Positions 42,510 through 52,384 are shown, counted from the first letter of the stretch. The stretch: 64,000 bases of DNA from an uncultured Clostridia bacterium (GCA_934130325.1 CAKOYA010000004.1:3477-67476); one strand, 5' to 3'. Translations and numbers: made by a program. The notes: generated from the letters alone by a model not told the origin.

Positions 42510-42529
42510 TGAAGATAGGAGAGAATAGT

Positions 42530-43993
42530 ATGAAAAATATTAAAAGTAAAATTTTTAAGAATTTCATTTTTGTAGCTGCACTTGTTTTAGTTTTTGCTAT
42601 TCAAAATAATATAAATGCTACGTCATATGGAATTTCAAATACTAATTTGACAGTTGGAGCTACAGCAACTATTTCAATAAACGGTACAGGATATGCTGGA
42701 AAATACACAATTAGTACATCAAATTCTTCTGTAGTTGGTGTTAGTGAAACCTCAAAATTTGTAGATAACCAAATTGAGAATATTATTCTGACTGCTAAAT
42801 CAGTAGGTAGCTCTACAATAACCGTTACTCCTGCAGATGTATCAAGTTATGCTAATCCAGAAGAGGCATTTACTAAATCTCAATCTTTTACAGTAAATGT
42901 TTCTAATCCTTCTACGAATGTTCAGAATACAAATAATAGCGGTAGTAGTAGCACAAGTAATAATTCACAATCAAATAAGAGTGGAAATGCGAATTTAAGG
43001 ACTCTAGTACCAGAAATTGAGGGGCTAACACCATCATTTAGCCCTAATATAACTAATTATACTTTAATAGTTCCAAGTACTGTAACAAAATTAAATATGA
43101 GTGTTGGAGTAGAACAAAGTGGTGCTAAATATTGGATTTCTGGCGATGAAAATTTACAGATAGGAAATAATACGGTAACTATTACTGTTACAGCACCAAA
43201 TGGTACAAAAAAGACATATACAATTGTAGTTACTAAGGCTGAAGATACTCAAAAAGCAAATGCACTTTTAAATAGTTTAGTAATAGAAGGATATGAGCTT
43301 TCACCTGAATTTTCATCAGAAGTTTTCGAGTATGATATTGGCAAGATAGAAAGTAATGTTAAAAAATTAAATATTTTAACTTTTACATCTTCTGATAAAG
43401 CTAAAGTAGAGATACAAGGAAATGATGAATTAAAAGATGGTGAAAATACTGTTAAGATAATAGTTACTGCTGAAGATGAAACAACAAAAAAAGAGTACGT
43501 TATTAAATATAATAAAGAGGCAAGCACAGTTGAAAATTTAACTGATGAAACTAATGCACTAGAAGATACAAATAATAGTGTAGAAGGTATGTCAAGCTCA
43601 CAAAATTCAAACTTTTGGCAGATAATAAAAAATAACTCACTTGTGTTATTAATGTACTTAGTAATACTTGTAGAATTTGTACAGATAGTTTATTTGTACA
43701 AAGAACTGAAAAAAAGAGATTTACAGCTTGAAACTTCTGAAGATGGATTTGAAAATTTGGGATTAAATTCAGGAATTGAGACTTTAACAGAAGAAAATGA
43801 AAGTAGTGAAAATAGCACATTAGATTCTAAAATTGATGAAGTTACATCTTTAGAAAATGATGTAGAAATCAAAAAAAATGTAGAATCAATATGGGACGTT
43901 GATAAACCCGATTTTTCTCAAGAATTAAGCGAAGATTTAGAAAATGAAAATTCAGCTCATGTTAGAGGCGGTAGAAGCAAAAAAAATAAATAA
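42530..43993 (+). CDS. Surface protein: signal peptide, Ig-like domain, two cadherin-like beta-sandwich domains, a TM helix and an acidic C-terminal tail
   Basis: GNANLRTLVPEIEGLTPSFSPNITNYTLIVPS and NALLNSLVIEGYELSPEFSSEVFEYDIG fit the L..L.....L.P.F.P....Y pattern of cadherin-like domains. The TM segment is LVLLMYLVILVEFVQIVYL. ATG 42530 follows an AGGAGAG RBS. Confidence 0.65.
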   Translation: MKNIKSKIFKNFIFVAALVLVFAIQNNINATSYGISNTNLTVGATATISINGTGYAGKYTISTSNSSVVGVSETSKFVDNQIENIILTAKSVGSSTITVTPADVSSYANPEEAFTKSQSFTVNVSNPSTNVQNTNNSGSSSTSNNSQSNKSGNANLRTLVPEIEGLTPSFSPNITNYTLIVPSTVTKLNMSVGVEQSGAKYWISGDENLQIGNNTVTITVTAPNGTKKTYTIVVTKAEDTQKANALLNSLVIEGYELSPEFSSEVFEYDIGKIESNVKKLNILTFTSSDKAKVEIQGNDELKDGENTVKIIVTAEDETTKKEYVIKYNKEASTVENLTDETNALEDTNNSVEGMSSSQNSNFWQIIKNNSLVLLMYLVILVEFVQIVYLYKELKKRDLQLETSEDGFENLGLNSGIETLTEENESSENSTLDSKIDEVTSLENDVEIKKNVESIWDVDKPDFSQELSEDLENENSAHVRGGRSKKNK

Positions 43994-44018
43994 ATTATTT
44001 AAACATAATAAAAAATAG

Positions 44019-44057
44019 GGTTTGCAGTAATTCGAATTGCAAACCTTATTTTTTATT
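44019..44057. terminator. Bidirectional terminator
   Basis: GGTTTGCA pairs with TGCAAACC around an AATTCGAATT centre, followed by a T-run. Confidence 0.7.
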
Positions 44058-44091
44058 AAAGTGATGTTAAATTAATTAATATAGTGGGGAA

Positions 44092-44838
44092 CTATTTTAT
44101 TTTCTCTAATTCCTTAAAATAGTCTTTTAGTACCTTCTTTAGTATAATAAACTTTTTTAAATTTAATTTATTATCATCCATATATATTCTTTTATTTAAT
44201 TCTATCATAATTGATTTTATATCAACATTCCTTTTGTTATAGTAATAGTTAGGAATTATAGTTCCTTCATATGGATAATTATATTTTACGCTAAATCCTT
44301 TTTGTTCAAAGAATTTTTTGGTAAATATAATTAATTCATCTGATTTAAAATACTCATTAAATCCTATACAAATATCTGGATTATTTTCTTTATTAAATAA
44401 ATCTTTAACTAAATTAGATGAATAGCTGTGAAAATCAAATAAATATAATGTATTGTATTTACGTAATTTCTCTTTGCTTAATTTATCTAATTTTTTGTGG
44501 TGCTTATCATAGTAATTCTTAATTACGTTTTCTTTATAACCCTTTTTATGTTTTATAAATGTATTTCCTTTATTATCTTTTGTATAGCAAATTCCCATTC
44601 CATATTTATACATAATTTCTTTGTCGTAATCTTTATATCTTTCTACATCACAAAATATTCTAGAATATTTAAATATTAATTTCGTATAGCTCTTTGGAAT
44701 TAACTTATCGACATATTTGTCACATAAAAATTGATTTAATTTTGTTACATCATTTTTATTTAATATTTTATTTTTGTAAAATATGTTTGGAATTTTTGTA
44801 GATGAATGAGGAACATGTATAAGTATTTCTTTTTTCAT
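44092..44838 (-). CDS. N-formylglutamate amidohydrolase (FGase) family hydrolase
   Basis: The HVPHSST, SRIFCDVER and LFDFHSY motifs resemble the FGase-family metal-binding pattern. Confidence 0.55.
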   Translation of the reverse strand: MKKEILIHVPHSSTKIPNIFYKNKILNKNDVTKLNQFLCDKYVDKLIPKSYTKLIFKYSRIFCDVERYKDYDKEIMYKYGMGICYTKDNKGNTFIKHKKGYKENVIKNYYDKHHKKLDKLSKEKLRKYNTLYLFDFHSYSSNLVKDLFNKENNPDICIGFNEYFKSDELIIFTKKFFEQKGFSVKYNYPYEGTIIPNYYYNKRNVDIKSIMIELNKRIYMDDNKLNLKKFIILKKVLKDYFKELEKIK

Positions 44839-44884
44839 ATTTTCACCTAGAATAAATACAATTTTAAAATTATACTTTATATTA

Positions 44885-45607
44885 TTAATCTTTATCTATT
44901 TTCCAACCTTGAATATCAGATCTTTTAATTGCTCCCATTATATGAGATTTTACTTTAGGTATATCTTTTTGTAAGTCTTTTATTAAGTCTTTCATGTATT
45001 CTCTTTTAGTATATCCATCCTTTGGACAACATTTACCAACAACTGGAAAGTTATTTTCTCTTGCTACTGCCCTTAGTTCTTTTTCACTAACGTATATAAA
45101 CGGTCTTATAGTCTTTACATTACTACGACTAAGATAAGTAACTGGTGCAAATGTGTGAATTTTGCCGTTTAATAGTATACTCATAAGTAAAGTTTCCATA
45201 ACATCATCACTATGATGGCCTAATGCAATTTTATTACAGCCGTGTTCTATTGCTAAACTATTTAACATTCCACGTCTCATATTTGCACAAAGTGAGCAAG
45301 GATTTTTCTCTTTTCGTATATCAAATACAACTTGTGATATATTAGATTGATATACAATATACTCAATTCCTAAATTATTACATAAATTTTCTAATTCATC
45401 TGTTTTAAAAGTATCGCTACCAGGATGAATTGTAATAGCCATTATATCAAATTTTTTTGGATAAAACTTCTTTAGGTAATATAGTGCGTGCAAAAGAGTT
45501 AAACTATCTTTTCCCCCTGAAAGACCAATTGCAATTTTGTCACCATCGTCTATCATATTATAATCATCAATAGCACGGCGGGCTTGTCCTATAACGTGTT
45601 GTAGCAT
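44885..45607 (-). CDS. ttcA: PP-loop ATPase of the TtcA (tRNA 2-thiocytidine synthase) family
   Basis: SGGKDS PP-loop, plus the CSLCANMRRG and KCCPKDG cysteine motifs. Confidence 0.75.
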   Translation of the reverse strand: MLQHVIGQARRAIDDYNMIDDGDKIAIGLSGGKDSLTLLHALYYLKKFYPKKFDIMAITIHPGSDTFKTDELENLCNNLGIEYIVYQSNISQVVFDIRKEKNPCSLCANMRRGMLNSLAIEHGCNKIALGHHSDDVMETLLMSILLNGKIHTFAPVTYLSRSNVKTIRPFIYVSEKELRAVARENNFPVVGKCCPKDGYTKREYMKDLIKDLQKDIPKVKSHIMGAIKRSDIQGWKIDKD

Positions 45608-45786
45608 TTTTTACATCTCCTTAAATATTATTTAGTAATTCTATCATAATTATTTGTAAAATTCAATACAATAAAAATTATATTATTCTAAAAAAAGTTT
45701 AAAATGCTTGAAAATTACCATATTTTGTAGTATTATTATATACTAGATAAGATGGCAAAATTTTATTATTTAAGGAGAGGATAGAA

Positions 45787-47548
45787 ATGAAGGCAATTGA
45801 ACTTAGAAAAAAGTATTTAGAATTTTTTAAATCAAAAAATCATACAGTGATTTCAGGAGCTAGATTAGTACCTGAAAATGATCCAACTGTATTATTTACT
45901 ACTGCTGGAATGCAACCTTTAGTTCCATATCTTGCAGGTGAAAAACATCCATCACGGAAAGAGAGTTTGTGATTATCAAAAATGTTTAAGAACAGATGAT
46001 ATAGATGAAGTAGGAGATAATAGGCATTTGACTTTTTTTGAAATGTTGGGAAATTGGTCTTTAGGTGATTATTTTAAAGAAGAGTCAATTAAGTATAGTT
46101 ATGAGTTACTTACAGAAGTTTTAAATATACCAAGTGAAAAGATATCAGTTACTTGTTTTGCTGGTGATGAAAATGCTCCTAAAGATATGGAAACAGCAAA
46201 TATTTGGAAAGAATGTGGAATACCTGAAGAAAGAATATATTTTTTCGGAAAAAAAGAAAATTGGTGGGGACCAGCTGGAGAGACTGGACCATGTGGTCCA
46301 GATACTGAAATTTTTTACGATACTGGTGCTCCAAAATGTTCAGATAAATGCGATCCTTCATGTGATTGCGGAAAATATATTGAAATATGGAATAATGTAT
46401 TTATGCAATACTTAAAAAAGAGTGATGGAACTTTTGAACAATTAAAAAATAAAAATGTTGATACTGGTATGGGACTTGAAAGAATGATATTTTTACTTCA
46501 AGGAAAAAATAACGTATTTGAGACTGAATTATTTGCCCCAATTATATCTTATGTAAGGGAAAAATCTACATTACCTGAAGAATCATCTTTAAGAATTATA
46601 GCTGATCATTTAAGGGCGTCTACACTTCTTGTATGTGATGATGTTGTTCCAAGTAATGTAGGACAGGGGTATATTTTAAGAAGATTAATAAGAAGGGCGA
46701 TAAGGCATTTAAGAAAAATTGGATATGATGTGGATAAAATAGAGGACATTTTAATAGTAATTGAAGATTCACTAGGTGAAATGTATCCAGAACTTAAAGA
46801 AAATAAAGAAAAAATATTATCTGTAATAGTTAAAGAGAAAAACAAATTTTCTAATACATTAAAAAGTGGTGAAAAAGAGTTTGAAAAAATAGCTAGGAAG
46901 TTGAAAGAAGAAAATAAAAGCGTGATTGACGGTATGACGTTATTTAGATTGTATGATACATATGGATTTCCACCAGAAGTAACTGCAGAATTGGCAAAAG
47001 AAAATGAATTAAGTGTTGATATGGAAGGATTTAAGGATAAGTTCAAAGAGCATCAAGAAAAATCTAGACAAGGAGCAGAAGGAGTATTTAAAGGTGGTTT
47101 AGCGGACCATAGCGAGTTAACTACTGCATATCATACAGCTACTCACCTGCTTTTGGAATCTCTGCAAAGAATTCTTGGAGATCATGTAATGCAAAGAGGA
47201 TCAAATATAACTGCTGAACGTGCTAGATTTGATTTTTCTAATCCAGGAAAAGTTCAAAGAGATGTATTAGATAAAGTTGAAAATATGATAAATGAACAGA
47301 TTGATAGGGGATTGGAAGTTACTTGTGAAGAAATGCCTTTAGAAAAAGCAAGAGAAATAGGTGCAAGAGGAATTTTTAATAGTAAATATGGTGAAATGGT
47401 AAAAGTATATACTATTGGTGATTTCTCAAAAGAAATATGTGGAGGACCACATGTAACTAATACTTCTAAATTAAAGCACATAAAGATTAAAAAAGAAGAA
47501 GCTGTATCAAATGGTGTAAGAAGAATAAAAATGGTTTTTGTTGATTAA
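45787..47548 (+). pseudogene. alaS: Short alanyl-tRNA synthetase-like gene (catalytic + tRNA-recognition + editing core, no C-Ala domain), interrupted by a 1-nt frameshift near 45954
   Basis: Frame A (45787-45972) gives ...[19 protein letters not shown] then RKESL*. Frame B (from 45932) continues [40 protein letters not shown]. The contiguous expected protein ...EKHPS|GKRV... needs one base removed from TCA C GGA. Editing motifs HTATH and CGGPH are present. Confidence 0.8.
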
Positions 47549-47567
47549 TTATATTGGGGGAGTTAGT

Positions 47568-47909
47568 ATGGAAGATTGTTTATTTTGTAAAATTATAGAT
47601 AAAAAAATACCTTCTGAAATAGTGTATGAAAATGATTATGTACTAGCATTTAAAGATATACATCCAGTTGCGCCAGTCCATGTGTTAGTAATACCTAAAG
47701 TACATATAAAAGATTATAATGAAGTAAATATGGAAAATATTGAATATATTTCAAATGTACAGTTAGCAATAAAAGAAGTGGCAAGAGTTTGTAATGTAGA
47801 TAAAGATGGATACAGAGTAATATGTAATACAGGTGAAAATGGAGGGCAAGTAGTACACCACATTCATTTTCATCTAATTGGTGGAAAAAAATTAGGTTCA
47901 AAAATTTAG
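47568..47909 (+). CDS. HIT-family (histidine triad) nucleotide hydrolase
   Basis: CLFCKII N-terminus and the HHIHFHLIGG histidine triad. ATG 47568 follows GGGGGAG. Confidence 0.9.
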   Translation: MEDCLFCKIIDKKIPSEIVYENDYVLAFKDIHPVAPVHVLVIPKVHIKDYNEVNMENIEYISNVQLAIKEVARVCNVDKDGYRVICNTGENGGQVVHHIHFHLIGGKKLGSKI

Positions 47910-47923
47910 AGGAGATGAATAAA

Positions 47924-48271
47924 ATGGGAATTGCATCACTTATATTAGGAATAATATCAATAATTTTAGGGTTTATACCTTTCATAGGATTGATTGGAAT
48001 TGTTACTTTAATATTAAGTATTATATTTGGGTCTATAAATTTAGCTAAAAAAGGAAAAAAGAATAATAAAGCTGAAGCAATTACTGGTATAATACTTTCT
48101 TGTATAGCATTTGTTATAATTATTTTTAATGTAGTTTTTGGAATAGCATTTTTAGGTACTCTATATGACACTTATAATAGTGATTTTGAAGATGATTTTG
48201 AAAGCGATTTATATGATGATGAATATAATGAAATATTTGAATATCGTTATCAAAAAAATAATAGCTTATAA
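47924..48271 (+). CDS. DUF4190-like small membrane protein
   Basis: Two TM helices (GIASLILGIISIILGFIPFIG...) and an acidic D/E/Y tail. The start may be 47915. Confidence 0.55.
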   Translation: MGIASLILGIISIILGFIPFIGLIGIVTLILSIIFGSINLAKKGKKNNKAEAITGIILSCIAFVIIIFNVVFGIAFLGTLYDTYNSDFEDDFESDLYDDEYNEIFEYRYQKNNSL

Positions 48272-48379
48272 GACTTTTTGTGAAATTTTTGTAAAAGTAC
48301 GTGACTTTTTAAATGTATTAAGGTATAATGTATTTAAAATATGTAGATAATAATTTACATATTAAAGGAGGAATGTTTT

Positions 48380-48817
48380 ATGAGTAAAAAGGAAGAAATT
48401 GAAGAAATTAAGGTAGAAAATACCGGTGAATCTTCAAATGTTGAAATTGATACTAATTTAAATATATCTGAAGATGTTATAGGAATTATTGCAGGACTTG
48501 CAGCATCTGAAGTTGAAGGAATAGCTGTAATGACATTAGGATTTGTTGATGGAATAAATCAAATCTTAGGTGGAAATAAAAAATATTCTAAAGGTGTAAA
48601 AATAGAATTAAATGGAAAAAAAGTAACAATTGATTTATTTGTAAATGTTACTTATGGTGTTAGAATACCAGACATAGCATGGTCTGCACAAAATGCTGTT
48701 AAAAATGCGGTAGAAAATATGACTGGATTAGAGGTTAGTTCTGTAAATATTAATGTGCAGGGAATAACTTTTGAAAAAAAGGAAAATTCTAAAGTTGAAA
48801 TTCCAAGCGAAGAATAA
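48380..48817 (+). CDS. Asp23/Gls24-family alkaline-shock/envelope-stress protein
   Basis: ISEDVIGIIAGLAASEVEGIA is the characteristic Asp23 core. Confidence 0.85.
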   Translation: MSKKEEIEEIKVENTGESSNVEIDTNLNISEDVIGIIAGLAASEVEGIAVMTLGFVDGINQILGGNKKYSKGVKIELNGKKVTIDLFVNVTYGVRIPDIAWSAQNAVKNAVENMTGLEVSSVNINVQGITFEKKENSKVEIPSEE

Positions 48818-48892
48818 TTTTAGAATATTTTAGTATATACCAATGTAGCCCAAACATTGAAGCGTTTGGGCTGCTAATTTAGGAGGAGAATA

Positions 48893-49429
48893 ATGAAGGG
48901 GTTTGAAAAGTTTTTATTAATTGTTTTTTCACTTATAATAATAGTTTTGGCAGTGTGCATATTATTTGTCTCAACAGGAGTGGTAGATGTTACAGCTGGA
49001 TTTGTTAAAATTAAGGGAATGTTGATGGATAATAGGTTGATTGGTGCGGTTATTGGTGCTATATTAGCTGTTTTAGGATTGATAGGTGTATTTACTCCAT
49101 CAGATGATTCTGATGATAAAAAAAGTGGACTAGCCATAAAAGGTGAAAAAGGAACTATATATATAACTAAAGATACATTTGAGAATATTATTTTAGGAGT
49201 TACATATAAATTTGTAGAGTTAAAAAATGTTAAGGTAGATGTACTAATGTCTGAGGAAGGTGTGTTGGTAAGTATATATGCATCAATTTTGCCAGATACA
49301 ATTGTTCCTAATTTAACCTCAAAACTTCAAGAAAATGTTAAATCTAGCGTATTAAAACAAACCACTGTAGAAATAAAAGAGGTTAATATAAAAATAAAAG
49401 GGGTGTATTTAGATACCTCTAAGAAATAG
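48893..49429 (+). CDS. amaP: AmaP-like alkaline shock response membrane anchor protein
   Basis: Two N-terminal TM helices plus an Asp23-like C-terminal domain, directly downstream of asp23. Confidence 0.65.
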   Translation: MKGFEKFLLIVFSLIIIVLAVCILFVSTGVVDVTAGFVKIKGMLMDNRLIGAVIGAILAVLGLIGVFTPSDDSDDKKSGLAIKGEKGTIYITKDTFENIILGVTYKFVELKNVKVDVLMSEEGVLVSIYASILPDTIVPNLTSKLQENVKSSVLKQTTVEIKEVNIKIKGVYLDTSKK

Positions 49430-49437
49430 GTGAGTTT

Positions 49438-49698
49438 ATGAAAGAATTTTTAGATTATGTTGTAAAAAATAAATATGTGATTATATGTATAGCAATAGTT
49501 GTAGTTTTATATGCCTTAGGAATAGTAGAATTCTTTATGAAAGCTATAATTCTAGTAGCATTACTCGGATTGGCTATATACGTAGGGAAAAAATTACAAG
49601 ATAATGAATCGTATTTTAAAGATATTTTTAATAATATAAAATCAAAAAGAAACAGTGATAATGTTTATTATTATCAGGAAAAAAATGATAAAAAGTAG
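49438..49698 (+). CDS. DUF2273-like small membrane protein
   Basis: 86 aa with two TM helices. It is the third gene of the conserved asp23-amaP-DUF2273 arrangement. Confidence 0.55.
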   Translation: MKEFLDYVVKNKYVIICIAIVVVLYALGIVEFFMKAIILVALLGLAIYVGKKLQDNESYFKDIFNNIKSKRNSDNVYYYQEKNDKK

Positions 49699-49716
49699 TG
49701 TGGGAGTTTATTTATT

Positions 49717-50133
49717 ATGAGTAGAAAAAAGGCAAGAGATAATTCGTTTAAGTGTATTTATCAAATAGAATTTTTAAATAAAGAAGATATAGATTTGGAT
49801 GAAATACTAAGTTATTGCTTTGAAGAAAATACAAATACAGACGAAGAGAAAAAGTATATTATTACAACATTTAAAGGGGTATGTGAAAAATTACAAGAAA
49901 TTGATAATGTCATTCTTTCAAAATTAAAAAACTGGGAGATTTCTAGAATATCAAAAGTAGATTTAGCTATTTTAAGACTTGCAATTTATGAGATAAATTA
50001 TATGGAAAATATTCCTGTTAAAGTTAGTGCTAATGAAGCTGTTGAACTAGCAAAGACATATGGTAATCCTAAATCCAAATCTTTTGTTAATGGAGTAATT
50101 GCAAAGATTATAGAGGAAGGAAATAAAAAATAA
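49717..50133 (+). CDS. nusB: Transcription antitermination factor NusB
   Basis: SRKKARD..F...YQ N-terminus, the W...R....DLAILRLA.YE motif, and the A.NEAVELAK core. Confidence 0.9.
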   Translation: MSRKKARDNSFKCIYQIEFLNKEDIDLDEILSYCFEENTNTDEEKKYIITTFKGVCEKLQEIDNVILSKLKNWEISRISKVDLAILRLAIYEINYMENIPVKVSANEAVELAKTYGNPKSKSFVNGVIAKIIEEGNKK

Positions 50134-51320
50134 TGGATAAAATTTATACAGTATCCCAAATTAATAAATATATAAAATTAACTTTTGATAAAGATCAATT
50201 TTTAAGTAACATTAATATAAGTGGAGAAATTACAAATTTTAAAGCACATTATACTGGACATTTCTATTTTACTTTAAAAGATGAACTTTCTTCAATTAAA
50301 TGTGTTATGTTTAAGTCTGCAGCAAATTTAGTAAAATTTAAGCCTCAGGATGGAATGAAAGTTGTAATAAGCGGACAAGTTAGCGTATTTGAAAGAGATG
50401 GAACTTATCAGATATATTGTAAAACAATGACACCAGAAGGACTGGGTGAGCTATATTTAGCGTATGAACAACTTAAGGCGAAACTTGAAAATGAAGGACT
50501 TTTTAGGGTAGAATATAAAAAGAAAATTCCATTTTTACCTAAAAGAGTGGGAGTTATAACATCAAGAACAGGTGCAGTTATAAGAGATATAATAAATGTT
50601 TCAACTAGAAGGTATGATAAAGTAGATTTACTTATATATCCTGCTGCTGTTCAAGGAGTAAATGTTAGTTCAACCGTTATAAAAGGAATAGAAACTTTTA
50701 ATAAATTAAAAAATGTGGATGTAATTATAATAGCAAGGGGAGGAGGTTCATTTGAAGATTTGTTTGGATTTAATGATGAGTCTCTTGCAAGAAAGATATT
50801 TGAGTCTCAAATACCAATTGTATCTGCAGTAGGTCATGAAACGGATTTTACAATTTGTGATTTTGTTTCAGATTTGAGAGCACCGACTCCATCTGCTGCA
50901 GCTGAACTAGTGTATCCACAATACATAGATATTGTAAATAGAATTACTTTAAATAATAGAAGAACTCTTAATGCAATATCTAATTATATTGAACGAAGAA
51001 AACAATATATAGAAAAATTAAAAGCTTCTAAACTTGAAAAAGTACCTCTTGATATGATCAATAAGTACAGACTAACAATAGATAGTTGTGTAAAAGATAA
51101 TTTTAACACTATGAAATTTAAAATAGAAAAAAATAAATTATTGTTGAATAAAAATATTTCAAAGTTAGATGCATTAAGTCCATTAAAAACATTAGGTAGA
51201 GGATATAGTGTAGTTGAAAATGATTTAGGAAAAGTAGTAAAAAGTAAAAATGATGTTAGAAAAGGGCAGATGTTAAATATTATCCTAAATGATGGAAAAG
51301 TAAATGCAATTGTTGATTAG
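50133..51320 (+). CDS. xseA: Exodeoxyribonuclease VII large subunit
   Basis: N-terminal OB-fold (VSQIN.YIK..F......I.GEI.NFK.H.TGH.YFTLKD) and the ARGGGS.EDL motif. Confidence 0.93.
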   Translation: MDKIYTVSQINKYIKLTFDKDQFLSNINISGEITNFKAHYTGHFYFTLKDELSSIKCVMFKSAANLVKFKPQDGMKVVISGQVSVFERDGTYQIYCKTMTPEGLGELYLAYEQLKAKLENEGLFRVEYKKKIPFLPKRVGVITSRTGAVIRDIINVSTRRYDKVDLLIYPAAVQGVNVSSTVIKGIETFNKLKNVDVIIIARGGGSFEDLFGFNDESLARKIFESQIPIVSAVGHETDFTICDFVSDLRAPTPSAAAELVYPQYIDIVNRITLNNRRTLNAISNYIERRKQYIEKLKASKLEKVPLDMINKYRLTIDSCVKDNFNTMKFKIEKNKLLLNKNISKLDALSPLKTLGRGYSVVENDLGKVVKSKNDVRKGQMLNIILNDGKVNAIVD

Positions 51321-51331
51321 GAGGAAAAATT

Positions 51332-51568
51332 ATGGCAAATAGTAAGGAAAGTAAATCTTTTGAAGAAAGTTTAAATGAACTTGAAAAAATTACAACAGAA
51401 TTAGAAAAAGGAGAATTAAGCTTAGATGATGCAATTTCAAAATTTGAATCTGGAATAAAATTATCTAAAGAGTGTAGTGAAAAATTAAATAAAGCCGAGA
51501 AAAGAATTAATATATTAGTTCAATCTGAAAATGGTGATATGGTAGAGGAAAAATTTGATATTGAATAA
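51332..51568 (+). CDS. xseB: Exodeoxyribonuclease VII small subunit
   Basis: 78 aa. FEESL.ELE.I...LE.GELSLDD....FE.G..L...C is the XseB signature. Confidence 0.9.
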   Translation: MANSKESKSFEESLNELEKITTELEKGELSLDDAISKFESGIKLSKECSEKLNKAEKRINILVQSENGDMVEEKFDIE

Positions 51569-51633
51569 ATGTTATTAGCTTCTTGAGTATATTATTTTTA
51601 ATTTTAGAAATAATATACTTAGGGAGTTTTTTT

Positions 51634-51819
51634 ATGAAAAAAGATAGTATTAATAAAAATAAGGTAGATTTACAATATAACTTAGATATTGAAAGAGAAG
51701 ATTCAAAAAATATTAAGAAAAAAGGATATGATTTTGTACCTAGATTTAATCATTGGTTATCAATGGATGAACAAAAAATAAAAGTAGAAGAAATAGAAAA
51801 AAAGACAAAAAAAGACTAA
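51634..51819 (+). CDS. Hypothetical small basic/acidic protein (61 aa)
   Basis: ATG 51634 lies 8 nt after GGGAG. The upstream part of the 51583 ORF overlaps a 12-bp hairpin (AGTATATTATTT/AAATAATATACT) that probably ends the xse operon. Confidence 0.35.
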   Translation: MKKDSINKNKVDLQYNLDIEREDSKNIKKKGYDFVPRFNHWLSMDEQKIKVEEIEKKTKKD

Positions 51820-51881
51820 TTCTGTAATAATTATCATTTTTGTATATAGTAATATAATATATTACATATGAGGTTACGTAT

Positions 51882-52058
51882 ATGAGTAAAGTAAAATATA
51901 TAAAAAAAAGAAAAGAAATCATTCCTATTATCTGTTTTTTAACAATTATTTTATTAGTGATAACAGTATCTATTACAAAATCACCTAATTATTTTTGTAA
52001 TTTTATCTCTTGGCTTGGAAATTGTGAAGAAGAAACTGAAATTTGTTCTGATATTTAA
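51882..52058 (+). CDS. Unlisted 58-aa ORF: small membrane peptide with a Cys-rich acidic tail
   Basis: MSKVKYIKKRKEIIPIICFLTIILLVITVSITKSPNYFCNFISWLGNCEEETEICSDI. A GAGG RBS sits 8 nt upstream, and a terminator hairpin follows at 52070-52094. Confidence 0.4.
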   Translation: MSKVKYIKKRKEIIPIICFLTIILLVITVSITKSPNYFCNFISWLGNCEEETEICSDI

Positions 52059-52069
52059 TAAAATATAAA

Positions 52070-52094
52070 GAGGACTTTTTTAAAGCCTCTTTTT
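52070..52094 (+). terminator. Rho-independent terminator
   Basis: GAGGACTTT pairs with AAAGCCTC (one bulge), followed by TTTTT. Confidence 0.6.
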
Positions 52095-52384
52095 AAGGAA
52101 TATACACTAAGTACAAATCAATTTTAATTCTGTACATCTGTACTAGTTATCTTTTCATTATTTGGACAAAAACATAGACCAAGTGTTGCAAACTGGAACG
52201 CTAGGAAAAAGTCAATTTTAGAGAATTTGGCAGCTCCCCAAATTGCACATATAAAAAGTAGTTCATTATTGAATTAACAAAACATCATTTAAATAAAATT
52301 ATTAGAATTATATAGCTCAAAGGGCTATATTTTTTTCTTATTTTGATAAAAATCCTAAAAGTTTAATATTTTTTTTATAAAGTA

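Noticed and set aside
45608-45786. T-box leader expected upstream of an aminoacyl-tRNA synthetase gene
   Set aside because: Only about 180 nt are available. I found no T-box sequence (AGGGTGGNACCGCG-like), no specifier/antiterminator architecture and no terminator, only a plain TTGAAA...TATTAT promoter.
45940-45965. Programmed +1 ribosomal frameshift in the alaS-like gene
   Set aside because: The shift site does coincide with a rare CGG codon. However, the P-site codon UCA cannot re-pair in the +1 frame (CAC), and there is no upstream SD-like stimulator as in prfB. A mutation or sequencing error is more parsimonious. It is kept only as a minor possibility in the finding.
47695-48171. 158-aa minus-strand ORF spanning the HIT and DUF4190 genes
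   Set aside because: It overlaps two well-supported plus-strand genes and their intergenic RBS, with no motif and no RBS. The antisense ORFs at 46606-47046, 47254-47481 and 46179-46361 were rejected in the same way.
52100-52330. Housekeeping sRNA (6S, SRP/4.5S, RNase P, tmRNA) in the gap before the tRNAs
   Set aside because: None of the diagnostic motifs is visible: no GAGGAAAGUCC for RNase P, no SRP domain IV GNAR/AGCA symmetric loop, no tmRNA tRNA-like ends, and no long 6S-type closing helix.
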